A stretch of 26,802 bases of DNA, taken from NCBI GenBank assembly GCA_964540085.1, contig CAZILO010000001.1:9470-36271 (forward strand). Direction: 5' to 3'. The notes below the pieces were generated by a model. It did no database searches. It saw only the letters and a list, made by a program, of their open reading frames with translations, and was not told the origin of the DNA. Source of the DNA: an uncultured Thermotogae bacterium (GTDB lineage Bacteria > Bipolaricaulota > Bipolaricaulia > UBA7950 > UBA9294). Numbering within the stretch: position 1 is the stretch's first letter; the number at the start of each line of letters is the position of its first letter. The translations under genes were made by a program, and so were the position numbers. Below are positions 1 through 8,640 of the stretch, piece by piece.

Positions 1-39
1 GGAAACCACAACGCTACTTTCAGATACATCATTCATCAT
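1..39 (-). CDS. N-terminal 13 codons of a gene that runs off the left edge (MMNDVSESSVVVS...), product unknown
   Basis: ATG at 39 on the minus strand, preceded by a GGAGGAGG SD; the frame is open to position 1. Confidence 0.5.
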   Translation of the reverse strand, partial: MMNDVSESSVVVS

Positions 40-168
40 AGTCGCCTCCTCCTTACGGGCGGATATTGGTTGAAATTCGCTCACACTACGCAATGGAAAC
101 GCAGTTTAACCCGTTACTAACGCCAGTATAACCGACTTACACAGCCAAAACAAATACGGGTCACTGCT

Positions 169-500
169 TCACAGTGCGGGTCGGGTAAAGATAACCGAGT
201 CGCAATAGTCGGAAATTAGCGCGCCGGGAAACGTGTCCTCGTAAAACCCCGTGATAACGAACCCAGCGTCGATTTGACCGCTGACCAAGTCTGGCGGCGT
301 ATGCCCGAATTCGAGCGGAGCGTCATTACCGCAGCGGTGGGCACGCTCCTCCTCACTGATGGTGTTAAGTTCAGAATAGGAGAGGGAGAATTGTACCTCC
401 GGGACGCCGGCCTTCTTCTTGTCCGGGTCGAATAAGTATATAACCGGTTTGTTGAATCCGAAAATGAACGCCCTGCTGTGGCGGATGCAGCAGCAGGGCG
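169..500 (-). pseudogene. C-terminal remnant of a class I SAM-dependent methyltransferase
   Basis: A minus-strand frame not in the ORF track reads [97 protein letters not shown]. This resembles the [27 protein letters not shown] C-terminus of a widespread methyltransferase family. There is no in-frame start; the left boundary (stop at 169) is exact and the right one is approximate. Confidence 0.55.
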
Positions 501-518
501 CAGCCTTACCTACAACTG

Positions 519-1376
519 CTATTTTTTGCCATTATCGTTATCGGAGCCATGATGTTTTTTGCCCTTGTTCGGAGGACAGGGATGCGAGTTGGGACCGGGG
601 TGTTCATTGCCGTTATGGCCTACTTTCCCACAGCTTGACGGTGGATGCTGACCCTTGTCCCCGGTAGCTGCGGCTCCATTTGCCGCCTGCCCGGGGGAGG
701 TCCCCTGTGCAATCGACGTTGTCAGTTCATCAAGCGCAGCGAGGATATCATCCGGTGTCGCACCGGTGCGGATAAGGCTGATCACCGTCCTGAGGGCGAT
801 CCCCGCGGGGACACCAGCCTTTATTACCTCACCCACCTTCGTTTGCACAGCCTGCATGTCGTCTTGGCTGTAACTGAACTTGTCGGCTGTTTGTAAGATC
901 GCGGTTTGAATCCCATACTGGCTCATGCCTGATCGCGCCATGGGGATCTTGGCAATGTCCCCGGTCGTGATCGCTGTCTCAAGGTAAGATTGCGCCGCGT
1001 TGAACCCGATGTGGTTGGTAAGCATAAGATCGAGGACAGAGCTGATCGCCTGAGCGGCGAACTTGGCCTGATGTACGTCGGTAATAGACCCCCACAACGC
1101 GATGTCGAGGAGAGCGTCCACGTCCGCGGGAGTCACCACCCCTGCGTCCACTGCTCCGGTAATCGTGACGACGAGCATGAACTGCGCGTTGGGGGGAAGA
1201 AGCGTGGTTCCCGTAACCCGGGTTAACACGCTGTCCAACGTGTATGAACCAGTCTGCGTGTATGAAGCGGTCTGCACGTCTTCTCCGATGGCGACGACCG
1301 CGCTCAGAGAGAGAATAGCGACCATGAAGAACACGATGGCTAACGATTTTGCTGATCTCGGTAGTCCGGCTGTCAT
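519..1376 (-). CDS. Exported hypothetical protein, predicted helical, with a low-complexity G/H/P/N/K-rich C-terminal tail
   Basis: Hydrophobic signal peptide (LAIVFFMVAILSLSAVVA). AAGGAGG SD at 1382-1388 favours the ATG at 1376 over the ORF-track GTG at 1382. Confidence 0.75.
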   Translation of the reverse strand: MTAGLPRSAKSLAIVFFMVAILSLSAVVAIGEDVQTASYTQTGSYTLDSVLTRVTGTTLLPPNAQFMLVVTITGAVDAGVVTPADVDALLDIALWGSITDVHQAKFAAQAISSVLDLMLTNHIGFNAAQSYLETAITTGDIAKIPMARSGMSQYGIQTAILQTADKFSYSQDDMQAVQTKVGEVIKAGVPAGIALRTVISLIRTGATPDDILAALDELTTSIAQGTSPGQAANGAAATGDKGQHPPSSCGKVGHNGNEHPGPNSHPCPPNKGKKHHGSDNDNGKK

Positions 1377-1436
1377 AGGCACCTCCTTTAGACCCGTGAC
1401 TTTGCGCCCCCGACTTTCGTCGGGTTTGCCCTTTCA
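1358..1436 (-). ncRNA. c-di-GMP-I (GEMM-I) riboswitch aptamer overlapping the SD, start codon and first codons
   Basis: Minus strand reads GGGCAAA-CCCGAC-GAAA-GTCGGG-GGCGCAAA-GTC-A-CGG-GTC...GAC-AG-CCG-GAC-TACCG. It has the GNRA-capped P1b, the G20/C44/A47/C92 equivalents and a complementary P2. P1 is weak. Confidence 0.85.
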
Positions 1437-1446
1437 TATTGTTTTT

Positions 1447-1455
1447 ATTATACCA
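1447..1455 (-). promoter_or_regulatory. Extended -10 promoter element (TGGTATAAT) upstream of the riboswitch-controlled exported protein
   Basis: Exact TGnTATAAT about 10 nt upstream of the aptamer; no convincing -35. Confidence 0.65.
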
Positions 1456-1605
1456 CAAATCGATCGGTCACGGTCACCTGGCGAACAGCGGAAATAATCT
1501 AGACTCCTAGACTGCAGTCAATGGCAGCGCGGCGGTGTGCAGTGCGACCGCGTTGTAACGCCGCGGCATTGGGCCTACCATAAGGTCTCCAGGAGAGTGA
1601 TAGCG

Positions 1606-2874
1606 ATGGAATCGATCAATTGGATCATTAACCACCGCGCATGGTCGTGTGCCCACAGCGAGTGGGCCGAGCGCGTAATCCCCCGTGGGGTGCCGCAAAC
1701 TGTGCGCAAGTTTCACGCCCAGATTCCGGGATACCGCATTAGCCCACTGAAGGGCCTTGACCGTCTCGCAGCGATGCTCGGACTCGGCGGTATTTGGGTC
1801 AAGGATGAGTCGCAGCGTCTCGCCCTCAACTCGTTTAAGGTGTTAGGCGGGTCGTTTGCGATCTACAACGTGCTCCGCGCCAAGCTTGGACTGGCGTCAT
1901 CCGACGTATCATTCGCTGAGCTCACCTCGCCCGAGGCACACGCCAAACTAGGGGTGATCACATTTGCCACCGCCACTGACGGCAACCACGGTCGTGGCGT
2001 AGCGTGGGCGGCGCACAAGCTCGGGCATCGCGCCGTCATCTACGTTCCCAACGGGACAGCACAAGCGCGGATCGACGCGATCAAGGGGTACGGCGCCGAG
2101 GTCGTCGTGATTGATGGCAATTACGATGCCGCCGTCGAGCAGATCAAAAACGACGCCCGTGAGCACGGCTGGCAACTGGTATCCGACACGGCGTGGGAGG
2201 GATACGAGGACATTCCCGTGTGGATAATGCAGGGCTATACCACCATGTTCTCCGAGGCGCAGGAACAACTGGCGGCCCAGGGGATAATCAAGCCAACGCA
2301 CGTCTTTCTCCAAGCGGGCGTGGGATCGCTGTCCGCCGCCGGAGTGGCGTTCTACCGCAACCTGTTTGGCTCCGACGCCCCACTGATTACCATCGTCGAA
2401 CCAACGAACGCTGCCTGTCTGTTCGAATCGGCACGGATTGGAGATGGAAAGCCGTACCAGATCGAAGGCGACTTAAACACGATCATGGCTGGCCTTGCAT
2501 GCGGCCGTCCCAACCCGATTGCGTGGAATGTCCTGTGGGACTGTGCCCATGTGTTTGTGTCTTGCCCCGATTTCGTCGCCGCACGGGGAATGCGGATGTA
2601 CGCGGTGCCGCTCGCCGGTGACCCATTCATCGTGTCCGGAGAATCAGGGGCGGTGACGCTGGGAGTGCTGTCGTTCATCATGCAACGCCCTGAACTGGCG
2701 CCGCTTCGGGACCGGCTGGGACTGGGGCCGGAGTCACAAGTGTTGTTGATAAACAGCGAAGGGAACACCGACCCCGACGACTTTCGCAAAGTTGTGTGGG
2801 AAGGAGCGCACGCGGTGCCGCAGGGATTCAAGGTAACGCAGCTGAATGATGACAAGGGGCAAACGGGGGGATAA
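1606..2874 (+). CDS. dpaL: Diaminopropionate ammonia-lyase (PLP-dependent, fold type II)
   Basis: Motifs KDESQR..LNSFKVLGG (PLP lysine), TATDGNHGRG, THVFLQAGVG, TIMAGLACG, SGESGAV and NSEGNTDP. AGGAG SD at 1591-1595 places the start at ATG 1606 rather than 1537. Confidence 0.9.
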   Translation: MESINWIINHRAWSCAHSEWAERVIPRGVPQTVRKFHAQIPGYRISPLKGLDRLAAMLGLGGIWVKDESQRLALNSFKVLGGSFAIYNVLRAKLGLASSDVSFAELTSPEAHAKLGVITFATATDGNHGRGVAWAAHKLGHRAVIYVPNGTAQARIDAIKGYGAEVVVIDGNYDAAVEQIKNDAREHGWQLVSDTAWEGYEDIPVWIMQGYTTMFSEAQEQLAAQGIIKPTHVFLQAGVGSLSAAGVAFYRNLFGSDAPLITIVEPTNAACLFESARIGDGKPYQIEGDLNTIMAGLACGRPNPIAWNVLWDCAHVFVSCPDFVAARGMRMYAVPLAGDPFIVSGESGAVTLGVLSFIMQRPELAPLRDRLGLGPESQVLLINSEGNTDPDDFRKVVWEGAHAVPQGFKVTQLNDDKGQTGG

Positions 2875-3476
2875 ATGCCGGCCGCTAAGCCGCTAATCGG
2901 AGTGTCGCTAATCTTACGTTTTATCCACTCACACTGAAGCGGTGGGCCGATTTTGAGGCACTGTTCGGTGAACACGGTGCCTACGGCGGTTGCTGGTGCA
3001 TGTGGTGGCGGTTGACACGGCGCCAGTTCAAAGAACAACAAGGGGAAGGGAACCGCCGGGCAATGAAAGCGATCGTCGCAGCGGGAGAGGTTCCGGGAAT
3101 CCTTGCCTATCTGGACGAAATGGCGGTTGGGTGGTGTGCGGTCGCGCCGCGCGAGCGGTACGGAGCACTTGAGCGCTCACCGGTCCTGAAGCGGCTGGAC
3201 GACGTCCCAGTGTGGTCGATCGTCTGCCTGTATGTAGCAAAGCAATACCGCGGGATGGGAATAGGGCAGGAGTTGATTCGCGGCGCGGTGGATTACGTAA
3301 AAGCGCACGGCGGTAAAGTGGTTGAAGCCTACCCGACAATTCCGCGTTCGGACCGTCTTCCTCCCGTGTCAGTCTACATGGGCCTGCCCCGCATGTTCGC
3401 ACGCGCGGGGTTCACAGTACGGGCGCACCCGTCGCAGAGCAAGCTCATCATGCGCTACGAGATCGACCAACGATAA
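2875..3476 (+). pseudogene. GNAT-family N-acetyltransferase, frameshifted near its 5' end by an 8-bp duplication
   Basis: Family-typical LTFYPLT..RWADFEALFG..GAYGGCWCMWWR lies in frame upstream of the ORF-track Met at 3000 but has no start codon. ATG 2875 abuts the dpaL stop and joins that frame if one GCCGCTAA copy is removed. GNAT motif A appears as YRGMGIGQELI. Confidence 0.75.
2881..2896 (+). repeat. Tandem 8-bp duplication GCCGCTAA x2
   Basis: Read directly at 2881-2888 and 2889-2896. Confidence 0.95.
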
Positions 3477-3535
3477 CGCAGCGGGCACCATTGACGTATA
3501 CTAATGACAGACTATAGTGGGGAAGTGATGACAAC

Positions 3536-4069
3536 ATGAAAAGAACGGCGCTGGTATTAATCGTGGTTGTACTGGCTATATCGGCGGTTGTTGTCGCCCA
3601 GCCCGCGTCGCAGCCGGCGAACATTGGGGCGTTAGATCGATACCTGGGAGCTTGGCAATCAAGCGCAGTCATCAATCCCTGTGTATGGGTGCCCAGCGGT
3701 GAACAACAACACACGATCGTCCAAGTCAGTTTGTTCCTTAACAGGAAATTCCTTCAGATGGTGTCTCTCAGCGAACACCAGGAGAGCCTGAGCCTTCTCC
3801 GTTATGATTCGCAAAAAGACATATATCAGATGTGGACGTATGATTCTAACGGCAACACGGGGTACTGGACCGGCGTTTGGGACAAAACTGCGCAAACCAT
3901 GACCTGGAAATATGCGTTGACATCAATAGTGGGAATAACGGGAGTAATAGTGGATCGATTCACCAGCGCGGATGCGTACAACACCGTGATGATAATGACC
4001 GATAGCCGTGGCAACCTGTTGTTGGACGTACAATCAGAGAGCGTCCGCAAAAAGCCATTTCATGGTTAG
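3536..4069 (+). CDS. Exported beta-rich protein, DUF1579-like
   Basis: Signal peptide, then GAW...FL...YDSQKDIYQMWTYDSNG..GYWTGVWD, which resembles DUF1579. Confidence 0.6.
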   Translation: MKRTALVLIVVVLAISAVVVAQPASQPANIGALDRYLGAWQSSAVINPCVWVPSGEQQHTIVQVSLFLNRKFLQMVSLSEHQESLSLLRYDSQKDIYQMWTYDSNGNTGYWTGVWDKTAQTMTWKYALTSIVGITGVIVDRFTSADAYNTVMIMTDSRGNLLLDVQSESVRKKPFHG

Positions 4070-4287
4070 GGGCGCATCTCGCCGCCGTGAGAGTTAAAAA
4101 CCAACGCCCCGAGTGTTGCATGCCGTAATGGCGTAGCTCGTCTGCGCCGGCCGTGTCTGAAGGAAAACCAATGCCGGAGATAAACTCTGCCACAATAAAA
4201 ACAGAATGCATGCCCTGACCTCGTTTGCGGGGTTACGGGGATTTCGGTATCCTTTATATATTCTGGATTTCGATAGGAGTGTAACTA

Positions 4288-6690
4288 ATGGGACGGATTG
4301 ATAAGACGTTCATCGAAGAGGAGATGGAGCAGTCGTACATCAACTACGCGATGAGCGTGATCCGCGGTCGTGCGATCCCCGACGTGCGTGATGGTTTAAA
4401 GCCGGTACAACGCCGGATTTTGTACGGGATGCATGAACTCGGCCTCACTCCGGGCAAGGCGCACAAGAAGTCGGCCCGCATTGTGGGAGAAGTGATGGGG
4501 AAATTCCATCCCCACGGGGACGCGGCGATCTACGACACGATGGTCAACATGGCGCAGCCGTTCTCCTACCGCTACCCGCTCGTCGACGGGCAGGGGAACT
4601 TCGGCTCGATCGACGGGGACGTCCCGGCAGCGATGCGTTATACCGAGGCACGCCTCACCCCAATCGCGACTGAATTCCTCGAGGAGCTCAACGAAGAAAC
4701 GGTCGAGTGGGTACCAAACTTCGACGACTCCCTCAAGGAGCCGGTCGTCCTCCCGGCCAAGGTTCCCAATCTGTTGATGAACGGGGCATGGGGAATATCG
4801 GTCGGGATGACGACCCAGATCCCGCCCCACAACCTGGGCGAGTTGATCGATGGTACTATCCATCTGATGGACCATCCCGAGGCAGCGGTACGTGATCTGA
4901 TGCAGTTTATCCCCGGACCTGACTTTCCCACCGGCGGGATCATTATGGGACGGGCCGGGATTGAAGAGATGTACCGCACTGGAACCGGAAAGATCACCGT
5001 CCGTGGAAAAGCGACGATCGAGGACGATCGAATCATCATCTCCGAGATCCCATACCAAGTGCGAAAATCATCACTGGTGGAGACAATCGCGGCCAAGGTC
5101 CACGCCGGTGAAATCGAGGGAATATCGGACTTACGCGACGAGTCAGACCGCGACGGATTGCGGATCGTCATCGAGTTGAAACGCTCTGCCAACCCCAATG
5201 TCATCCTCAACCGGCTGTACAAGTTCACCCCACTCGAGCGCACGTTTGCTGCGGTGTTTCTCGTCATCCTCGACGGCAATCCCCGTACTCTGTCCCTGAA
5301 GGAGATCCTGAACGCGTTCATTGACTTCCGCCGCGAGGTAGTGCGGCGTCGTACCGAGCATCGGCTGAAGGTGGCACGCGCCCGCGCCCACATCCTCGCC
5401 GGGTACATCAAGGCGCTGACGAACATCGAACGCGTGATCGAACTGCTGCGCGCGGCCAAGGATTCCGCGACTGCCGCTGCCCATCTGAAGGAAGAGCTCG
5501 ACCTCTCCGATGAGCAGACCGACGCCATTCTCAAGATGCGCCTATCACAATTGACTGGTCTGGAACGGGATAAAATCGACACCGAGTACAAGGAAAAGCT
5601 GGAGGAAATTGGGGGATATGAAAAGATCCTCGGGAGCGAGGAGCTCCTCGATGAGACGATCAAGCGTGAGTTGCGCGCGGTGGCGGATAAGCACGCCGAC
5701 GAGCGCCGCACCCTGATCACTGATGATGACGGCGAGGTCGACTTCATCAATCTGATCCCAGATTACGATTTAATGGTGTCCGTCACGCGTCGCGGCTACG
5801 CCAATGCACCGCGGGCCCAGGAATTTCGCAGCCAGGGACGGGGCGGCAAGGGGGTAATCGGCCAGCGCACCAAGGATGACGATTACATTTCCTGCTGTGC
5901 GCTGGCAAACGCACGCGACGAGATCCTCCTGTTCACCGACCGCCGTCGCGTGTACCGCACACAGGGATATCGGTTCCCGTCGGGCAAACGCGATTCGGTG
6001 GGGAAAAATCTGCGCAGTCTGATCGCGCTTGACCAGGATGAGATGGTGCGAGCGATTTTGCCGGTGTCTGACTTTTCCGAGGTGGAAGGGTGGTACTGTC
6101 TGATGGCGACCGAGAACGGAATCGTCAACCGCAATCGCCTCCGCGATTACGCCAACTCGCACGTAAATGGGATCATCGCGTTGAACGCCGACGAGGACGA
6201 TCACCTTGTCGATGTCGCCGCCACCACGGGAGACGGAGAGGTAATCATCGCCACCCATCATGGCAAGACGATCCGGTTCCGCGAGAGCGAGGTGCGCCTG
6301 ACCAAGCGCCCATCACGCGGGGTGATCGGAATCCGGCTCGAAGAGGGGGATCGGGTGATCGGAATGGCTCCGATCGAGCGGGACATCACGATGGACAAGA
6401 AACTCCTGATGGTTACGGAGCGTGGCTACGGAAAACGGGTGTCCCTCGTCGACTTTCCGCTCCAGGGCCGGGGTGGGAAGGGAGTGCTCGGGATCAAGCT
6501 CGACCGCGACTCCGGGCCGCTCGTGTCGATCGGGATCGTCTCCGACCAGGACGAGATTATCATCACCACCGAGCAGAAGGTGATCCGCATCCTCGCCGGC
6601 GACATCAACACCTACGGTCGTTACGCGCGCGGAGTGCGGCTGATCCAGCTCGAGGAGGATGACCGCATCGTGTCGGTCGTGCGCACGTAA
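4288..6690 (+). CDS. gyrA: DNA gyrase subunit A
   Basis: [22 protein letters not shown], catalytic AAMRYTE, GyrA-box-like QGRGGKG and C-terminal beta-pinwheel repeats; AGGAG SD. Confidence 0.97.
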   Translation: MGRIDKTFIEEEMEQSYINYAMSVIRGRAIPDVRDGLKPVQRRILYGMHELGLTPGKAHKKSARIVGEVMGKFHPHGDAAIYDTMVNMAQPFSYRYPLVDGQGNFGSIDGDVPAAMRYTEARLTPIATEFLEELNEETVEWVPNFDDSLKEPVVLPAKVPNLLMNGAWGISVGMTTQIPPHNLGELIDGTIHLMDHPEAAVRDLMQFIPGPDFPTGGIIMGRAGIEEMYRTGTGKITVRGKATIEDDRIIISEIPYQVRKSSLVETIAAKVHAGEIEGISDLRDESDRDGLRIVIELKRSANPNVILNRLYKFTPLERTFAAVFLVILDGNPRTLSLKEILNAFIDFRREVVRRRTEHRLKVARARAHILAGYIKALTNIERVIELLRAAKDSATAAAHLKEELDLSDEQTDAILKMRLSQLTGLERDKIDTEYKEKLEEIGGYEKILGSEELLDETIKRELRAVADKHADERRTLITDDDGEVDFINLIPDYDLMVSVTRRGYANAPRAQEFRSQGRGGKGVIGQRTKDDDYISCCALANARDEILLFTDRRRVYRTQGYRFPSGKRDSVGKNLRSLIALDQDEMVRAILPVSDFSEVEGWYCLMATENGIVNRNRLRDYANSHVNGIIALNADEDDHLVDVAATTGDGEVIIATHHGKTIRFRESEVRLTKRPSRGVIGIRLEEGDRVIGMAPIERDITMDKKLLMVTERGYGKRVSLVDFPLQGRGGKGVLGIKLDRDSGPLVSIGIVSDQDEIIITTEQKVIRILAGDINTYGRYARGVRLIQLEEDDRIVSVVRT

Positions 6691-6691
6691 C

Positions 6692-7882
6692 ATGAACTAC
6701 GAGAAAGTTGTCGATGAGTTCGCCGCCGGCGCGGCGGATCTGATCCCGCGGGAAGAGTTGGTGGAGAAGCTCCGCCGCTCCGATGAGTCAGGACAACCAC
6801 TCCGGGTGAAGCTCGGGATCGATCCGTCCGCTCCCCATTTGACGTTGGGACACTCGGTCCCACTCCGCAAGATGCGCCAGTTTCAGGACCTCGGCCACAC
6901 TGGCGTCCTCGTTGTCGGCGATTTCACCCGCAGGATCGGTGATCCGTCCGGCCGCGCCTCGACGCGGGCGCTGATGAGCGCTGATGAGATTGCCCGCAAC
7001 ATGGCGACGTACAAGGAGCAAGCGTTCAAGATCCTCGATCCCGATCGTACCGAGGTTCGCTACAACTCGGAATGGCTGGGAAAGCTGACGTTCGCCGATG
7101 TGATCACTCTCACCGCCAAGTACACCGTTGCCCGCATGCTCGAGCGCGATGACTTCGCAAAGCGGTTTGCCGAGAATCGGCCGATCAGCATCCTCGAATT
7201 CCTCTACCCGCTCGCCCAGGCGTACGACTCAGTGGCGATCCACGCTGACATTGAACTTGGTGGCGCCGATCAACTGTTCAACCTCCTCGTCGGTCGCGAG
7301 ATCCAGCGCGAGTACGGGCAGGACCCGCAAGTCGTCCTCACCGTGCCGCTTCTGATCGGGACGGACGGGACGCGGGCGATGAGCCAGTCGGTGGGAAACT
7401 ACGTCGGGATCTCCGAGCCGCCGACGGAGATGTTCGGAAAGCTGATGGCGATCCCCGACGAGCTGATCTCCGATTACTTCTTCTATCTGACCGACGTCCC
7501 CGAGGATGAGTACCGTGATCTTGCGCCCCGCGATGCGAAGCGGAAGCTGGCGTGGGAGATCGTGCGCATGTACCACGGGACGGAGGCGGCCGATGCCGCC
7601 CGGGACGAGTTCGACCGGATTCACATCCGTCACGAGCGCCCAAGTGAGGTCGCGCAGGTGCAGATTGATCGGTCACTGATAAAAGACGACGGTACGATCT
7701 GGATCGTTGACCTTCTCGCTGCCACCGGGCTGGTCAACAGCCGCGGCGAGGCAAAGCGGGTGGTCTCCCAGGGCGGGGTGCGAATTGACGGTGATAAGGT
7801 GACGTCGCTCGATTACGATCTCCCGTTTTCGCCGCCGCACTTGATTCAGGTGGGCAAACGCGCGTTCGTCGAGGTCGTATGA
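6692..7882 (+). CDS. tyrS: Tyrosine--tRNA ligase (with C-terminal S4 domain)
   Basis: VKLGIDPS, GDFT..IGDPSGR, EFLYPLAQAYDSV, DIELGGADQLFN and S4-like SRGEAKRVVSQGGVRIDG. ATG at 6692 lies 1 nt after the gyrA stop. Confidence 0.95.
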   Translation: MNYEKVVDEFAAGAADLIPREELVEKLRRSDESGQPLRVKLGIDPSAPHLTLGHSVPLRKMRQFQDLGHTGVLVVGDFTRRIGDPSGRASTRALMSADEIARNMATYKEQAFKILDPDRTEVRYNSEWLGKLTFADVITLTAKYTVARMLERDDFAKRFAENRPISILEFLYPLAQAYDSVAIHADIELGGADQLFNLLVGREIQREYGQDPQVVLTVPLLIGTDGTRAMSQSVGNYVGISEPPTEMFGKLMAIPDELISDYFFYLTDVPEDEYRDLAPRDAKRKLAWEIVRMYHGTEAADAARDEFDRIHIRHERPSEVAQVQIDRSLIKDDGTIWIVDLLAATGLVNSRGEAKRVVSQGGVRIDGDKVTSLDYDLPFSPPHLIQVGKRAFVEVV

Positions 7883-8259
7883 CTGCCTACCTCCTCATCG
7901 GCGAGGCACCAGCTCCGGAGATAGCAGCACGGGTTGCCGATCAGTACAAGAACTGTCCGTACGTTCACTTCATCGCCGCGTTCGGTACGATGCTCGTGGG
8001 CGTGTTTTACTTTCCTCCCGATCGCGAGTGGTGGATCAAACTCGTCGCCGATGAGCCCACGCTTACGTTGGGGCTACACCGGGCCGCAGTCTACAAGACA
8101 GATCATCCCGCTTACCCCGGAAGCTACTCGTTGCGCATTCCCGAACAGAAGGGCGATGTCGCCCCGTGCGGTTCGAAATGTATCGATTGTGAACGGTTTT
8201 CTACATGCTCCCACTGCCCGGCGACACGATACTATCTATTCGACGATCAGGTTGGGTGA
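7879..8259 (+). CDS. Small protein with a C-terminal Cys cluster (possible Fe-S or Zn binding), function unknown
   Basis: ATGA overlap with the tyrS stop; C-terminal C-x3-C-x2-C-x5-C-x2-CP (CGSKCIDCERFSTCSHCPAT). Confidence 0.7.
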   Translation: MTAYLLIGEAPAPEIAARVADQYKNCPYVHFIAAFGTMLVGVFYFPPDREWWIKLVADEPTLTLGLHRAAVYKTDHPAYPGSYSLRIPEQKGDVAPCGSKCIDCERFSTCSHCPATRYYLFDDQVG

Positions 8260-8628
8260 AAACCGGTCGGTGTCAGCGAGGAGAAACTCAGTGCTCAGCC
8301 CGAGCGCTCCGGTGGGGCAGATGTCCACGCACTGGTGACAGAACGTGCACCGCGCCACGTGGATGCGAATCTTCTTCTCGTCGGGCTTGAACATGATCAC
8401 GTTTGCCGGACAGACCTTGATGCACAGCTGGCAGCCGATGCACTTGTCACGATCGTAGGTGAGCTTGCCGCGGAGGTCGGTCGGCACCGGCACCGGCGGA
8501 TTGATCCGCGCCTCACCGCGCGCCACCCTTCCCAACAACCCGGTGACCGACTTCGGCATGTACTTAACCGGGAATGGGTTGGTAGCCGGCTTGTGCAGCA
8601 GCTGCTTGATGAGTGTCGCGAAGATCAC
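8236..8628 (-). CDS. mbhN: Membrane-bound hydrogenase 2x[4Fe-4S] subunit (NuoI-like)
   Basis: CIGCQLCIKVCP and CTFCHQCVDICP; last gene of the mbh cluster. Confidence 0.88.
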   Translation of the reverse strand: MIFATLIKQLLHKPATNPFPVKYMPKSVTGLLGRVARGEARINPPVPVPTDLRGKLTYDRDKCIGCQLCIKVCPANVIMFKPDEKKIRIHVARCTFCHQCVDICPTGALGLSTEFLLADTDRFSPNLIVE

Positions 8629-8640
8629 AGTTCCCCCTTC

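Noticed and set aside
979-1458. 159-aa minus-strand ORF (MWYNKNN...)
   Set aside because: It starts inside the -10 element, runs through the riboswitch and overlaps the real gene out of frame.
3960-4211. 83-aa minus-strand ORF between the DUF1579-like gene and gyrA
   Set aside because: No motif or SD, and it overlaps the 3' end of the plus-strand gene.
4396-6693. Long antisense or alternate-frame ORFs over gyrA (4396-5058, 4638-5750, 5770-6261, 6090-6662)
   Set aside because: Shadow frames of a GC-rich gene with no recognisable motifs. The same applies to similar ORFs over tyrS and the mbh genes.
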